Positions 14,222 to 29,499 of a DNA stretch of 64,000 nucleotides are shown in pieces. The number at the start of each line of letters is the position of its first letter. Position 1 is the first letter of the stretch. The notes beneath the pieces are model-generated. The model searched no databases, was not told the DNA's origin, and saw nothing but the letters and a program-made list of their open reading frames with translations. Location: positions 62,372,001 to 62,436,000 of the forward strand of contig OX597821.1 of assembly GCA_951406725.2 (NCBI GenBank), written 5' to 3'. The position numbers and the translations under genes are program-made. The stretch comes from Octopus vulgaris. Lineage: Eukaryota.

Positions 14222-14909
14222 ATGTGCGTGTGTGTATGAATGTATATACGTAGGTAGGCATATGCACATATTAAATGGGTACTGGGAAGAATCGTTATAA
14301 CTTATTACGATGCCTCCTCTTACCAATAACAGTTAAATTGAGAAATGTCAATATATAATTTTAGCAGTTTGTAGACATTTTGCAATGTAATTAAAAGATG
14401 CTAAATTTCTAACTCCTTTTAATGGTGTGCCTTTTTTTTATTCTTCTGAATCATACTTCCCATTCAATGTTACTTGAAATATTTCTTCTAACATTTCTCA
14501 ATTACTTTAAAAACATTTCATAAAATACTTCTTTACGTTGGTCTAAGATAATTTGTAGCCTTCATGTATTTTCAGCTGAATAATATCGCGTACAGATTTT
14601 GTTTATATTACCTGTAGAATTTTATACAAAACATTACAGTGGAGAAATATAAACAGGAGACATTAAGTGACGAAACTAATTTGTAATAAGTGATCAATGC
14701 GCTACCATTTCTGTCACAACAAAATCTGAAGAATATTAAGAATTGAACTTCTCAAAATTTTAATATGACATATATAATGTGGTTTTAAAATAGTTTCCTG
14801 AGCTTGATCTAATGACAAAACAATATTCCCAAACATAATATTTTGTTATTTAAAAATCATTTTACCGTCAATCTAGAATCAAATATATTCAGAACGATTC
14901 AGAATGATA

Positions 14910-15076
14910 GGCGCAGGAGTGGCTGTGTGGTAAGTAGCTTGCTAACCAACCACATGGTTGCGGGTTCAGTCCCACTGCGTGGCATCTTGGGCAAGTGTCT
15001 TCTGCTATAGCTCCGGGCCGACCAATGCCTTGTGAGTGGATTTGGTAGACGGAAACTGAAAGAAGCCTGTCGTATA

Positions 15077-15175
<99 letters not shown>

Positions 15176-15360
15176 TTGTGTGTCTGTGTTTGTCCCCCTA
15201 GCATTGCTTGACAACCGATGCTGGTGTGTTTACGTCCCCGTCACTTAGCGGTTCGGCAAAAGAGACCGATAGAATAAGTACTGGGCTTACAAAGAATAAG
15301 TCCCGGGGTCGATTTGCTGAAACAAGTAAAAGACTGAAACAAGTAAAAGAGTAAAGAGTA
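14910..15360 (+). mobile_element. SINE family A (tRNA-derived, CORE-like) with internal (TA)n(TG)n
   Basis: GGCGCAGGAGTGGCTGTGTGGTAAG head, GGTTCAGTCCC B box, CTTGGGCAAGTG core-like block, internal microsatellite, GTAAAAGA tail; reference uninterrupted copy. Confidence 0.85.
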
Positions 15361-15684
15361 TATGTGAAGTCCTGTACATGTTGTAGATTTTGCTGCCCAT
15401 GTATTTCTCTGTATTTGTTTTATTAGCACATATGAGAAAAAGTGCCTCGTTCATACACATTGCAAGGAAGTTCATAACTGACGGAAGGGAATCTGAATGT
15501 TATTGGATATTTGTATACGTAGCTTCAATGTTTGCAAAACAATAAAAAATACATGCAATGACACAACACTGAAAGACGAAGGCACTATTTCTCCCGACGT
15601 ATTAATTGTGCAACCGAAGAAGAAAAACAGACATCCATCCACTTCGCTTACACATAATTATTGTTTAACAAAAACAAACTAAAG

Positions 15685-15960
15685 TTAGTTTGTTCCTTCT
15701 CGAGCCACGCCTGACTCATTAGGGCCGGTTTCCTTGGCGTTTCCTTGGTTTCCCCTCCTGGACGGGACGCTAGTCCGTCGCAGGTGGGCTGCAAGATGCA
15801 GGAGGAAAGAGTAAGCGAAAGTTGTGGCGAAAAAGTCAGCAGAAGTTTGCCATTACCTTCTGTCGGAGCCGCGTGGAACTTAGATGTTTCGCTCATAAAC
15901 ACACATATAGCCCGGTCTGAGATTCGAACCCGCGATGCCTCCACCGCGAGTCCGCCTTCA
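15685..15960 (-). mobile_element. SINE family C
   Basis: GGACTCGCGG..GGGTTCGAATCTC and CTGCGACGGACTAGCGTCCCGTCCAGG on minus. Confidence 0.75.
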
Positions 15961-17519
15961 CTTAAGTAAAGTTAGAGAATCTGAAGTAATCAGTAAATTT
16001 GCTTGAATAAGATGCCAGATCTCAAAAATGATCCAACCTCCATCATACACGAGCGCATCGATTGTGAAGTCATATGCTAATAGACAACCGAAAGAAACTG
16101 ACTACATTTAATTGTCAGTCATATCGATCGATCATTACAATTTGGAGAAAGATTATTAATTCGGGGTTAAAGAACCTATATTCGTAATCATACGTTTCAC
16201 AAAGAGTTTTGTATTTAATGCAATTTTTGTGAACGTAAAATGAAATTGTTTATTCAAGCCTCTGTCTATTACAATTTGACGTTCTTCTACGTAAGACGTC
16301 TTATGCATTTCTTTATCATTGGCTTTAGGGCGTAGAAAATTTTAAGATAACTGTGAACATGCATAATTCACGCAGAGAATCAAATAAATGTCGACATGTC
16401 TGAAATAAAAGTCAGATATTCCTCAATGTTGAGACGTACGTCGACTTTGACCCAGCAGACATTTCATGAAAACCATGAATCTATAGCTATGAAATACGCT
16501 TCCAAACCGTGTGGTTCATGTTTTGATGGAACACTGCAGCGCCACAATGCCGTTGTGCATTCTATTACAGCTTTTGTTTCACCAGTGTTAATGCAATTTG
16601 CTAGAAGAAAAGTATATTGAGATCTGTTATATATGCCCGGACGCATACACATATATCACAAATTAAAAATGTGGCTTATAAGTTGAAGCTAAATGTGTGT
16701 GTGAGAGTTTGTGTAAATCTACGTAATGACAGAAATCACCCACAAAACCCCACAGAACCGTTTGATTGGTGTAAATTGGTAAATATCCCTTAGAAAAGCA
16801 TTCGATACAACCATAACACTAATGCAATGTTTAGCCTGAAGAAACAAACACATGCATTAATATTCCCCTTAAAATATCTTGTTATTACTACATGTGTGTG
16901 AATGTGTGTGCGCGTCGTGTACGCATGCGCGCATCTACGTGTGTATTTGTGCGTAATTGTGAAATGAAATACCGTCGTATAAGGAAGACAAGGAGATTTT
17001 TCACTAGAAAATGTGTGAAGTTAAATAGCTGTTATATATTCCAGGCCCTAATGCCTATCTCCACAAGTAAACAGTCAAGTTTCTAAAATACCTGGGACTG
17101 GTAGTGGTAGAAATGTGTAAATAGGATAGCAACAGTCATCTCTCAAACGGTGCTGGTATTGGCGTTGGCTGGTAGATATCTTGGTTCAGGTAATTGCTAA
17201 CATTGAAACTAATGGGGATTGTGGTAGACGTAGTACTACTTTTAGCAGTCGCTAGAAGATTGGTGGAATAAGGCAAAAGCAAAAATCTTTGAAGGAAATA
17301 TTTCACCTTAGTTTCTTGAAGATGGTATTTGGTATGAGTTAATGGATGACGATATGGTAGTTCGTCATCTTGTTTAGTTGAAACGTTCAATTTGTTGATC
17401 AAAATGCAGAGGAATCACCTTACTGATCTAAAAAATCGAAGCACATCGATGAACAGAATTTATGTCACGATGTAGCTATTTTTTATGCATAAGAGCGAAA
17501 AGTTTAAAATTGTTACAAT

Positions 17520-18138
17520 AATATATGATATATAAAGTCCGTTCTGTTTGTGTCTGTCTTCTAGGATCTCGGGCATCCTCCATCCGATGCGCTCAAATTT
17601 GATATGTAGATATCGACGGTATCAGGGCGTGTATAAGTCTTGCAAAATTGCAAAATATCGATTGATTCCAGGAGAGAATGCGGTGATAAAGCCGTGGGAA
17701 CGTGCATTTGTACGCGCAAGTATATCAGTTGTTGCGATCGACACTACGCGTTCGCGAGAAAAATGCATGGTGTCTCAAATTTAGGTTAAATCAGTGTTTC
17801 TCAAAGGGGAGGCCTATGGGAGGTCGGACAAGTTGTTTTAAGAAAATTCCGTTGAAATGTTTGACAACTCAGTACCGTCCATTGGACGGAGGGCGTTTTG
17901 CCCGTATGATATAAAACTATGTTTCAAGCATCATGCAATTTTGAGAAAATTTGTCACCAAATATATTTACTCCTTTGTAGAATCTAAAAGTTATGCCTGT
18001 TTCTTTCGATTAACCGACACTGTTTTTTTTATTTTCTAAACTTAAAACTCATGTCTTATAATTCATGTATTGTGCAATGCTGTTCATATGTAATATTGAG
18101 GCAGATAACGTTTCTAATGTCTAGTCATACGGCTAGCT
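17520..18138 (+). mobile_element. Possible non-autonomous Helitron-like element
   Basis: TATATAAA-GTCCGTTCTGTTTGTGTCTGTC 5' pattern similar to 57866 and 60330; ends near CTAG; 3' hairpin is weak. Confidence 0.4.
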
Positions 18139-19606
18139 TATTAGCTTTATCATTATTTTACAAATTGCATATTCTGGAAACGCTGGGAAAAACAACACAT
18201 CATCTGTGAGAAATGTATACTTGAAAACAATTCCTTTTCCGTGTCTAAAGGGGAAGAAAATAGTGCTAGTGATATTCCTTTAAAAAAATGCATCAGTTGT
18301 ATAATTAAGTAATTGGTATTCAATACATAACAATATGATTCTTTGTTCCTAATATGCTCTTCTTTTACAGAAATCAACATACTGAATTTTAGGATAAATC
18401 ATAGCGGTGCTACACACCAAGCTTTGCTGTCGGTAGAATATAGTGATATGGGTACATGAATATAAATAAAAATTACGAGCAACAATTTTCTTTTTCTAAT
18501 ATATTACACAGTAAAATTATTCTATAAAAAGTATTGATCTTAAATCTCTACATTTATCATTTCCTGACATGTTACAAATATTTTTTTACACTGCCTCAAA
18601 AGAAAATATATAAAGAAATATGTCTAACAATAGGTTTGTCCAAATTCTGTAGTGCACCAGATACATTGTAATTGCATCAATTTATAGAAACAGGTTTATT
18701 TCAATGTAGGCGTATATTTTTTTACATAATACGTTACTAATACATTAGTCAATAATCTCCTAGGAATATTCAGTTATTTTCAAAAAATATTTTCAAACAT
18801 TGTTTAGTATTCATATTATGCTTTCTCTAAATATTATTCATATCATTGTAACTATGGTAGCTGCAGAATATCATGTCAATTGTTCCAAACTTGGCACCAG
18901 GAAGAGAAAAATACAAAACAGAGAGAGACTTCTGAAATTTTATTTTTTAATTATTTGAGTGTAATGCATTTTATGAATAATTTCTTGCTTTCTGTGCTTT
19001 ACAGTAAAGTGATATAATGTTATAACCTCTGCAGTGAATTGAACCATATGAAAAAAGAAAGAAAAATGAAAAAAGCAAAGAAGCCGAACAATATAATATT
19101 TCTACGTATATACATATAGACTATGTTGTAGACAGTTGTATTTAGTTGGAAAGACAGGAAAGCAAGAAGAAAAATGAGAAACGTTAATAATAAGGAACGA
19201 TGACACTAACAAGAGAACTGTTAAAGAAATGATCATTTTATTGTTGTACAGTAACAGAAATTTCGAAATGGAATGTTTTGCTTTTAGGTAGAATATTCCC
19301 TGGATATTATTAGACGTATATGAGGAAATTATATTTATTTACAGAGAACTACACATTGACTAGCTTAAAGTCGTCTTTTCATTTCCTTCGTATATTCGTG
19401 ACTGACGTACAGCACATGATTATTTCAACGTTCCCACCACGTAAATTTTCCTTGTAATCGTTTCAGACTCGGAGGATCAGTTGAAGCTGTTCAAGGTGTG
19501 AACGAGAGATGTTGCGGAGTTACTCTTGACTCCTTTGCTGCAAAGTACTTTGTGGCTAACATCTGCTGCCAGTCCACCACCTTATACTTGGCTGCATTCA
19601 GCTGTA

Positions 19607-19768
19607 GGCGCAGGAGTGACTGTGTGGAAAGAAGCTTGCTTCGCAACCACATAGTTCCGGGTTCAGTCTCACTACGTAGCACCTTGGGCAGGTGTCTACA
19701 ACTATAGCCTCGGACCCACCAAAGCCTTGAGAGTGGATTTGGTAGACGAAAACTGAAAGAAGCCCGTC

Positions 19769-19840
<72 letters not shown>

Positions 19841-19950
19841 TTGTGAGTGTGTATCGGTGTTTTTCCCCGTCCATCGATTGACAGCCGCTGTAGGTGTGTT
19901 TATGTCCCCATAACCTAGAGGTTCGCCATAAAAGAACGAAAGTCAGAAAT
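19607..19950 (+). mobile_element. SINE family A
   Basis: Same head, core and internal (TA)n(TG)n as the 14910 copy. Confidence 0.85.
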
Positions 19951-20790
19951 ATGATCACTTCCTCCCTTCCTGTGACTGGGCGCTACACTTTTCAACTAAT
20001 TAAGCTGTGGGTAACTAATACATTTCCTGTTATTCTCACCTTCTTTATTTATTCTGTCGTTTATAATTACCCATTCGAGCGACTGCCAAAATTTTAGTAT
20101 TATGCTGTTGTAAATTTGATCAATGTTGCATTACTAAATAGTTAACGGCCATCAAAAATCCAGTGTATAAACGGTTTTAAGGCGGTGAACTCACTGAGTC
20201 TTTCCTCGCGGCAGGCTAAATGCTTGGCGGCATTTCGTCCGTCTTTTCGTTCTGAGATTAAATTCCGCTGATATCGACACTGCCTTACATAAGTTCGTCG
20301 TCTATAACATAAGTACTAATTAGACACCTGGTTCGCCGTAATTGGTTCAACCCAACACCCGAAAACGCTGACTTTTGTGTCAATATTTAAAACCAGTATA
20401 CTAACTATTTTGGTCTAGTGCCGATGTACTCTGAAACAAATAGATATAACGTCAGTAATTAATTTGTGCTAAATAACGGCTCCTGATTTATGTACATACA
20501 TATATACACACTCGCACGCTGGCACATACATGTACACATGCAACAAAAACTCAAACAAACAAATGCGTTCTCTGTAACGGACACAGTCGATAGTCTCTGA
20601 GAGGTTTGCAAAAAAATCTACGAAAGAGCTTTGACAAAAAAATCGGATATTCTATAAATGAATGGAATTGAATCGGTGTGCGTATTAGCTATATTGGCGT
20701 GATGAATCTCCCAAGACAAAATAATATATATATATATAAATATATACAGAGAGAGAGAGATAGAGAGATGAATAGACATATGTATGTATG

Positions 20791-20846
<56 letters not shown>

Positions 20847-20889
20847 CGCTGGAGTAGCTGTGTGGTAAATAGCTTGCTTACCCAGAATG

Positions 20890-21720
20890 CAACACCAGTT
20901 GTTCTGGAGCTTACAGAAGGAAGACGCAAGCTTTGGCTTCGTGAATAGAAAAAAAGAACAAAAAGAAAAATTGCCAATTATGGCATAACGGTGAACTGAG
21001 AATTATTTGGAAACTTCTTTGGAGTAAAATTATGTGTGGCGTTTTTTTTTTTTTCACCAAATAACGTACATTCAGGTGGGTGTATTTCGCGCGCGCTTGG
21101 AGAAAATATTCTTACAGCTTTGATGGTACTTTACTTCTTTAGCGATCATATCTATTCCAGCGATTTTTCGGAGCACAGTGTCATCATTGTTTTCTGCTGC
21201 TATTGACGTGGCTGCTCATTTACTTGACTCTTGTGCATTGAAAGTTTGACAAGTAGTCAGACTCTCTTCTCCACTCCTGCCGTTTGACTCGCGCTTGAAA
21301 TCGCAGAATACGCAAACCTGAGAGTAAATGCCGGCGGAAGAAGTGGGCACCACTGTTGCTATTTTGCGTTTTCTTCGTAATGGACTAGGAGCCGTTTCTA
21401 GAGGCTGAAAATCATCTGTGATTGTTGTGAAATCTTTATAACAACCACTGTGATATCCGTGCAAATTAGAAGATGTTTCTGGTCGCTTTTGGATGATGAC
21501 GTAATAAATGGATGTACGGAATCATTTTTACTTGAGCGTTTTGATGCGGCGTTTTGGATGGATCGCCATTTGTGCTCTGAGAGCGGAAGTAGCAGTCCAC
21601 TTTCAGCGTTCTCTTTAGACTTTCTGCTGTGGATGAGCGATTATTTACAACGGGAGGCAGACTGGCTTAGGGTACATCCGCAGTTTCCTGACTGGGACCC
21701 GCCAATATTCAATGCTGAAT
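20890..21720 (-). pseudogene. Fragment of a probable DNA-transposon protein
   Basis: HGYHSGCYKDFT, CVFC and GIDMIAKEVKYHQSC motifs in one frame with an internal TGA; truncates a SINE A head at 20844-20890; AT-rich duplicated blocks at 22060-22650 upstream. Confidence 0.55.
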
Positions 21721-22952
21721 CAGGTGGAATTACGTGGGGATCAGTTTTAGAGGTGACACGGTCGGGGGAATATGAAGGTTGACCAGGATCCCCAGGTGAG
21801 GAATGGTCCCCCGTAGATAATTTATTTTCGATGCCCCCTTACTGAATTTGTTGACTAGCGGAAGACGAATATCAGGCGTGTTCCTATTCTGATGATCTGA
21901 ATGCGAATAAATATGAGTAAAGAATTGATTGAACGAAACCAACATGCATTATGTGTTGACAGAGGTCAAGATCAGTAATAGAGGAAGGATTCCGATGCCA
22001 TGCAATGGAAAATCAAAATTTTTTCAGTTAAAGGTATTTTGCCATATTCAATGAAGAGGATATGTTAATTAGTAAAAATGCTTCTTAAATTAGGAATCCA
22101 TACCTATGGTGATTCTTACATGATATTATTATATTCAGTTTGACGAGCCAAATATTTATGAGAAGAAATTTACACCGGAGCAGAAATACTAATTAAGACC
22201 TAATTAACGATCTAATTAAAAGCTTTCTTATTGTCCTCCAATGCCTGGGATGTTTCTTAATTTCTTCTTTCATGTTAACTGGGTCTAAAATACATTTGTA
22301 TGTTGCATTCGTCACGTAGCTTGAACACAGTGTTTCTGTATATCTCTTCTTAATTAGTGTATAGTGATTAGTAGAAAATGCATTTGTATGTTGCATTCGT
22401 CACGTAGCTTGAAAACAGTGTTTCTGTATATCTCTTCTTAGTTAGTGTATAGTGATTAGTAGAAAATGCTTCTTAAATTATAAATCCATACCTAAAATTG
22501 TTCTTAAGTGACATGAATAGATTCAGTTGGGTTTAGTTAACAATTCTGCGAAAAAATTGACGTTGGAGTAGAAAGTCTAATTAATTCCTAATTAGTGCCT
22601 TATTAAAACTTCTTAATTTGTTTTCCATACCCGATTTTCTTCTTAATTTTTCATTTAAGTATCACTTGTGTCTAAGGAGTAATATTCAATGTGCTTCATT
22701 ACTGGAGCTTAAAGTCTAACTACATTAGTTATTTACGCAAGTGGGTTGTCTCATAATTAATTAATCCATATCTAAGCATACTACGTTTCATAGTATTAGG
22801 GTCATTTGTATACATATTGTGCCTTGCCAGTATTTTGGAGCTTCAAGCCTAACCAAATCAGGACGGGCTCCCGGTCTATAGTTGCGTACTGGGGTTGATC
22901 GAATCGAAGGTCCCATCCTCCAAAATTTCTGGTTTGTGCCTAGAGTAGAATG

Positions 22953-23080
<128 letters not shown>

Positions 23081-23169
23081 AGAAAGCGAGAAACAAAGAT
23101 AGGTATGTAGATAGATAGACAGATTATATATCATGGTACTGTGATTATATTCTTAACAACATTCCTATC

Positions 23170-24210
23170 AGTATCTCCCCTGCAAAATTGCCATGTTCAG
23201 ACGGCGTTTTATATGAAGCGAGGACGAAAATTGTGTGATAATAAACGTACATGAAACGGAATTTACCGTATAATCGGTGTGGTGAGAATCATAGTCATGC
23301 CGGTTTACGGAAGTATAAGTGTCGTTAGGCAACTGTGCTTCTCTCCCAAGCTGGCAACACTGGCAGCGGGGTTTACACCTTGTCCTTTTACAGAGGGTTA
23401 GTAGAGTTTAAATGTGACGACGCCCTGGGAGAAAACTTGGGCTTCAATATCAGTCACCTCGCCAACCTGTACCGAAGAACATTCGGGCCAGGGCCTTTGG
23501 ACAATTTCCAAAAGTCCATGGTATGGTAATGCTATAGACGTGCCTTACCTGTTCGGGACAAACTCGTTAGACATGGTTCTTCAACCACACCAAGTTATTC
23601 AAGATGCGGTGAGGACACTGAAAGTGTCCTGCACGCAACTGTGCAATGTCCAAAGATACGGTAACTTTGCGTTTATGTTCAACAACTGTTGTCACATCTG
23701 AGAAGAGTACAACTGTCAGCTGATTCTATAACTAAAATTGTTTCGCCGTCTTCGCAAACAGGGGAGATCAATCTTGTTTCCTCTACGTAGTAGCTATCAC
23801 GAAGGAGGTAGTGTGGTAGATGAGAGTGAAAGTGATTATGACAGGCAGTTCCATCTCTATCCTTGGTTTGGTGAACGTTTTTCGATTCCATATGAAAAGG
23901 AAAATAAGGATGGAGAGGAGATTCCTGTCGCATGGAATATTTCGGAAAAGAAGGACGACTATAGCAATAGTGTTGAGGGTAAATAAACCTGTTTGAGCGA
24001 GAAATCAAAGAGTCTACCAAAGGATTCTGTGTGGGAATGTGGTTTGTGGGGTCGGCCACGTGCCTCACTTCATAATTGTTTTTTCATTCATGTTTTTCAT
24101 CCGAATTTTATACTTATTTGTCATCGAATATATGTTCCATTTGTCCCCAACCCCTTGTCTGTACTTGTATAGTTCACTCTATTTTTGACCTTTGTGGTTA
24201 GTAAAGAAAT
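23170..24210 (+). mobile_element. Tx1/L1-type LINE 3' fragment (zf-RVT/CCHC region)
   Basis: RRTFGPGPLDNFQKSMVW*CYRRALPVRDKLVRHG...RCGEDTESVLHATVQCP...KEVVW...FHMKRKIRMER; stops and frameshifts. Confidence 0.8.
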
Positions 24211-26537
24211 GGGTTTACGGAAATATATCAATTGTCAACTAACTACAGTTTATAAATAACTGCCAACAAAACCTTTGGTTAGTTTCGCTTGTCTTTACCT
24301 CAAAACTAACATTATATTGAGATATTATATACCGTCTACACCTGAATGGTTTGCAGAAAACATTGGTATAATCTTTAGTATGTCAGAAAAATTCGTTATT
24401 TTAATATTTTTTACTCGGCTCCTTGCGTTCTAAGTTCAAATTCAACCCGAAGCAAAATTCCAACTTCATAACCATGGAATTGAAAACATATATATTCTTT
24501 TCCATTTTGCTCTCAGCCATTCTTGCAGAATCGTCTCCACTTCCTTCTGAATGTCTCATACATTACCATTCATAATGTTCTTTTCCTCCAAGGAATGTAG
24601 ATGATTGAGCCCGAGGCATCGTAACTTTTACTTTCCTAAACAGTATTTTCCAAAGAAACAATAGAACGTAGTGAATAACTACAGAAAAATGAACAACAGA
24701 AGAGGGAAAAATTTACAAAATAATAAAATTTTATATAAATATATCCATATTGTATAAGAAGAAAATACATAGATAAAAAAGATAAACATAAGATAATTAA
24801 GCACTTGTACATGTAAAAATCAAGGATTTGAAAATAGCAAAAATTAAACGGAAATGTTCATTACTTGTTAAAACAATTAAAAATGACATAAAAGGCAATA
24901 AAATGTTACTTAAAATAATATAAAAGATGAACGAAATGCTATTTCTGTTAGTGAATAAACACAATATCAGTAAAAATATTTGAAAATCAAATTAAAATGT
25001 GGAGCAAAGGATGTGCGGTAGCTAAATTTGACTTCAAGATTCCAGTTAAAATTTGATCACATCAGCTTAGTTGTAATTTTACATGTTTTAATCAAATTCT
25101 CAAGAAAAAATATGTTATTATTATATTTTAGGCTCCTAACATCCATTACCATAAAATTTAACTTGGCTTGTTTAGAGTATTTATTTAGAATATTGAATCT
25201 TAATGTATTTTTAATAATTAATTTACCGCACATAATGAAATTTGTGTCTAACCCATGCTATATATTGTAAAAAACTTTGTTTCCGAACTTGTTTAAGAAA
25301 CAGACAAGTGAGTTAAAACATTTCAATGTGTCTAATTATATAGTACGGTGTAACTATGCTCAACGTGACATTTGGTAATCAAGAATGTTGGTAATTAAAT
25401 AGCTATAAAATTACAGATATGAAATAGGATTGACAAATCCATAAGGCATATAATATAACATTGCGTCAATAGTGGCCCAATAAGACGTCTATAAAATATT
25501 TGCAAGAGGTCGTAGCACTCATTCTCTAGAGTATTCAGTGCAATTTAAAGTTGATTTAATTATATTTTATATCGTAATTATGTACAATTACACAATAAAT
25601 ACAGAAGATTAGTCATTTTTATGAAATAATTTTTCCAAACTACACAGAAATAGAGCTTCTGAGACGTTTGGCTAAATTATATGAATATATTAAGATCGGT
25701 TTCAAAGTTTAGTGCAACGTAATAACATACAACGTGGTATTGATTCCAAATTTTGGCACAAGGCCAGCCGTTTTGGGGGCGGGGTAAATTGATTACATCG
25801 ACCCCAGTGTTTAGCTCGTACTTATTTTGTCGAGCCCGTAAGACTGAAAAGCAAAATCAAACTCGGTGGCATTTGAACTCAGAACGTCTAGGCATTTTAT
25901 CCGGCGTGGTATCGGTTCTGCTAGCTCATTGCCTTTGCGTATTATATGATATTAACAGAGCCAGCTACCTCCGCATAGCCAGGAAAATATGGGATTCATT
26001 ATTATCAACTATTCTTTTGTACTATACATGTGTGTGTTTGTGTGTGTGTGTGGAGGGGTTGTACACGTCTGTCTGTGTGTATATGTTCATCGAGTTGTTA
26101 GCTATTGATATACTTGGAAGAATGAATTGTTATAGTAAGTAGGCAATAGTCGATTTTAAGAGTTTAAGACTAATGTATTTGCCGTAAGCCAGTCTGATAT
26201 ATTGATTACTTCGCTTTTCAGCTTCTATGAAATATATATCCTTGCTATTGCAACAAGAGTGACACTATCGAAATAAATATCCTTAAGAAGAGAAAATATT
26301 GCACTATTAAATTTCAGTTCGAAGTTAACAGTAAAATGTTTTCAGCGTGGGAAGAAGTGGAACTAAATTCAATAAAAAACTTTAAGAATACATTATCAAT
26401 TACAAATTCACACCTAAAAAGTGAACTCTCAACAAACCTAAAATGTTTGTTCTTGTTATCTATATCAGTTTTTATCCGAAATAATTATAGCTACAGCTGT
26501 GGTAGCTGTAAGCATCTATTAATTTATTACGAAATAA

Positions 26538-26940
26538 GGCAGAGAGCCGGCAGAATCGTTAGCTCGCCGGGAAAAGTGCTAGGCGGTATTTCGTCTGCCG
26601 TTACGTTGTGAGTTCAAATTCCGCCGAGGTCGACTTTGCCTTTCATACTTTCGGGGTCGATTAAATAAGTACCAGTTACAGACTGGGGTCGATATAATCG
26701 ACTTAATCCATTTGTCTGTCCTTGTTTGTCCTCTCTGTGTTTAGCCCCTTGTGGGTAGTAGAGAAATAGGTATTTCGCCCGTCACTACGATCTGAGTTCA
26801 AATTCTGCCGTGATTGACTATACGCTTCATTCTTTCGGGGTCGATGAAATAAATGCCAGCTGAATACTGAGGTTGATGCAATTGATTCATCCCCTCCCAC
26901 AAAATTGCTACCCTGGTGGCAAAAATTTGAAACCATTATT
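26538..26940 (+). mobile_element. SINE family B with duplicated body
   Basis: One head, then two tandem GAGTTCAAATT..CCTTTCGGGGTCGAT..TACCAG units. Confidence 0.8.
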
Positions 26941-29453
26941 TTATTGAGTTGTGTTAAAGGTTGCTGCATTAATGAAGGTGCCATTTCTTTTTAAATAATG
27001 TACGCGGTTTGTGGGCAAATTTACCCGTTCTTTCTGCGGAGAAGAGTTACTTAATGCGTACATATAGTTTGGATTCCGAATTCGTCTTCTTTTTTGAATA
27101 AAAATATTGTAATTTTGAGCTGCAAACTTGATGGTTTACATTATCATAAAGAAACAATATGTTATTTCTTAGAATATGGTATATCGCATTGAATAAGTTC
27201 TTGTAACACATTTCGAATTCGCATGCAGATCTTATTTGATTTATGTAATCTGTTGTCTCGGAAAAAATTCCTTTACGTCAATGTAACATCTGTATAACTT
27301 TGACTTGCATTGATATAGATTATTTCTTTCGGGTAAGTATATTATATTATGCATTTCTAGGTCTGTAGGAAAAGAGAACAAATCAATTCAAAAAATTTAT
27401 TTTCAGAGTTCTTGAGTTATAATACTTTTTCAATGCATTCATATTCTCCTTTTCTATTAATTTTAAATATAATATATAATCTAGCTCTGAGAATATTAAA
27501 AAGGCATTCATGGGGAAAAAAATGAGAAAATTTAATAATATATATTCAGCTATTATCAATAACGTAATCGCCTCACACTCCAATTGACTATACAGTTAAA
27601 GTTTTCAATAAATACGTCAGGTTGACAATTTCCAAATAATCTAATTTGTCAGTGAATATTTATGAATACTTTTCAATCGAAATATATTTCACTGTCAAGG
27701 AAAGTAAGTGTTTTATTAATTTTTCTCCTCCCTTTCCAAATTTTTAATATTATAAATAGCTTTTGTTTGATATTAGTTACCAATTATCCAAACTCTTTTT
27801 CATGCTGGATTAAATAAGTAAACTTTCAAATTCGGAAATTTTCATTTTTTAAAAATATTTCCTCATCATGTGCATTTTACTGTGACAGCATTTGCTTGCT
27901 GATAATTATTCCTGAGAAATTAAAAAAAATATAAATGCGCACAGTTACTTGTTTTTGCTATCTTCAAATAATTATATAAATAAATGATGAAAGTATCATT
28001 TAAGAAGTACGTACATCTACATATATACACTCACCCCACATACGTACGTGCATGTATGTTTGTGTATGTATGTTTGTGTGTGTATGCTTGTGTGTGTGTG
28101 TGTATGGGATTGCATATATGTAATATGTCTGTCACCAGTTATTCACATACATACATGCTATGTTTCAATTTTTTATTCAATCGTTTGGATCAACTCCATT
28201 ATTCAGGTGTTGTTGATAATTTTATCGACAACTATTTATCAAACGGCTATGTTACCTGTCAGAAAGATCGAACACGAAACAACGCCATCTGTTGACCGGT
28301 GCAAACATTAAATCAAACATGAACACAAAGCCACATACGCAAACTTAATGTCCACATACACATGCATATATCTGCACATCCAGTCTCCTTTTAAATTCCA
28401 TTCTTAGGAATTGATCGACCCAAATATAATTTAGAAGACTCCTCCTCCTCCTCCTCGTGGTACCAAAGATTGGCATCGATGTCGCAGCCACATAATTACG
28501 TTGCGAAATATTTAACCACGTTGCCATGCGAGACATGTCCTCTTTCAATTTAGTTTTGATTGATTTCATTTATAAGATGCACCCAAAATTGATTTCTGAA
28601 TTCAATAGACTTTAGGAAATCATATCGAACTTAGTTCATTCAGAGATTTTTTCTCTCGTTTCATGTTTTATGATATATATATATATTTTCTGTTACAGTC
28701 GTTTAAAATTAAAGTTGCACTGGGTACAAAGAACTGTAACTCCATTCTAAATGGGCACACTATGAATACGAAAAATGTATATATTTTCAATCATCCTCTT
28801 AATTTCAGCAGACCCCACCCTATCACTATACTTATGCACACACAACCATACGCACATATATATATATTCAGTATTAGTGTATGTGAATGCCAGTTATATA
28901 TTCGTGGGCGATTGAATGTATTGAGTCCAGTGTAATTTTAAGTTTTAAATTTCAGTCATATAATATTACACACAACACTCTAGAGTCAAGCAGTTCTCAG
29001 TATATAAACAGATATAAATTTAGTTCGTGCTAATAGCAGTAGCTAATTATACTCTTCAGGTATTTAATATCAATACATCATTACAGTCGAAAGCAAGTAA
29101 TTTACATGATAATACAAAAATCTATGATATAACGGAAGATGTTTTGGTAAATACAGTATAGGCAAATGTTTATTGGTAATATTCTGTAAGATCATTAAAG
29201 TCAGCTAATGATATTTTAAATGAAATTTTCTTTGAGACTCTCATCAGGCACATTATGCATGAATTTTAAATATCTGAGAGGGAATAAAGCGCACTTCGCG
29301 TATTATTAGTAACCCCAAATAGGTACTTTAGACGAGGGACAATATAAATATCATAAACAGGGATGCAAAATAAGCCGTGTAAAGTACACACAAAAAGACG
29401 TCTATGTCTATGTGTGTATGTGTGTATTGTAGGTATATCTACATACATATGTG

Positions 29454-29484
<31 letters not shown>

Positions 29485-29499
29485 GCGTGTGTGTGTATA

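Noticed and set aside
20593-20635. Possible decayed HHR (CTGAGAGG...GAAAGAGCTTTGAC)
   Set aside because: Core spacing is wrong and stem II does not pair convincingly
29225-29255. CTGATGAG motif on minus (also at ~58420)
   Set aside because: No correctly placed GAAA, stem I or stem III
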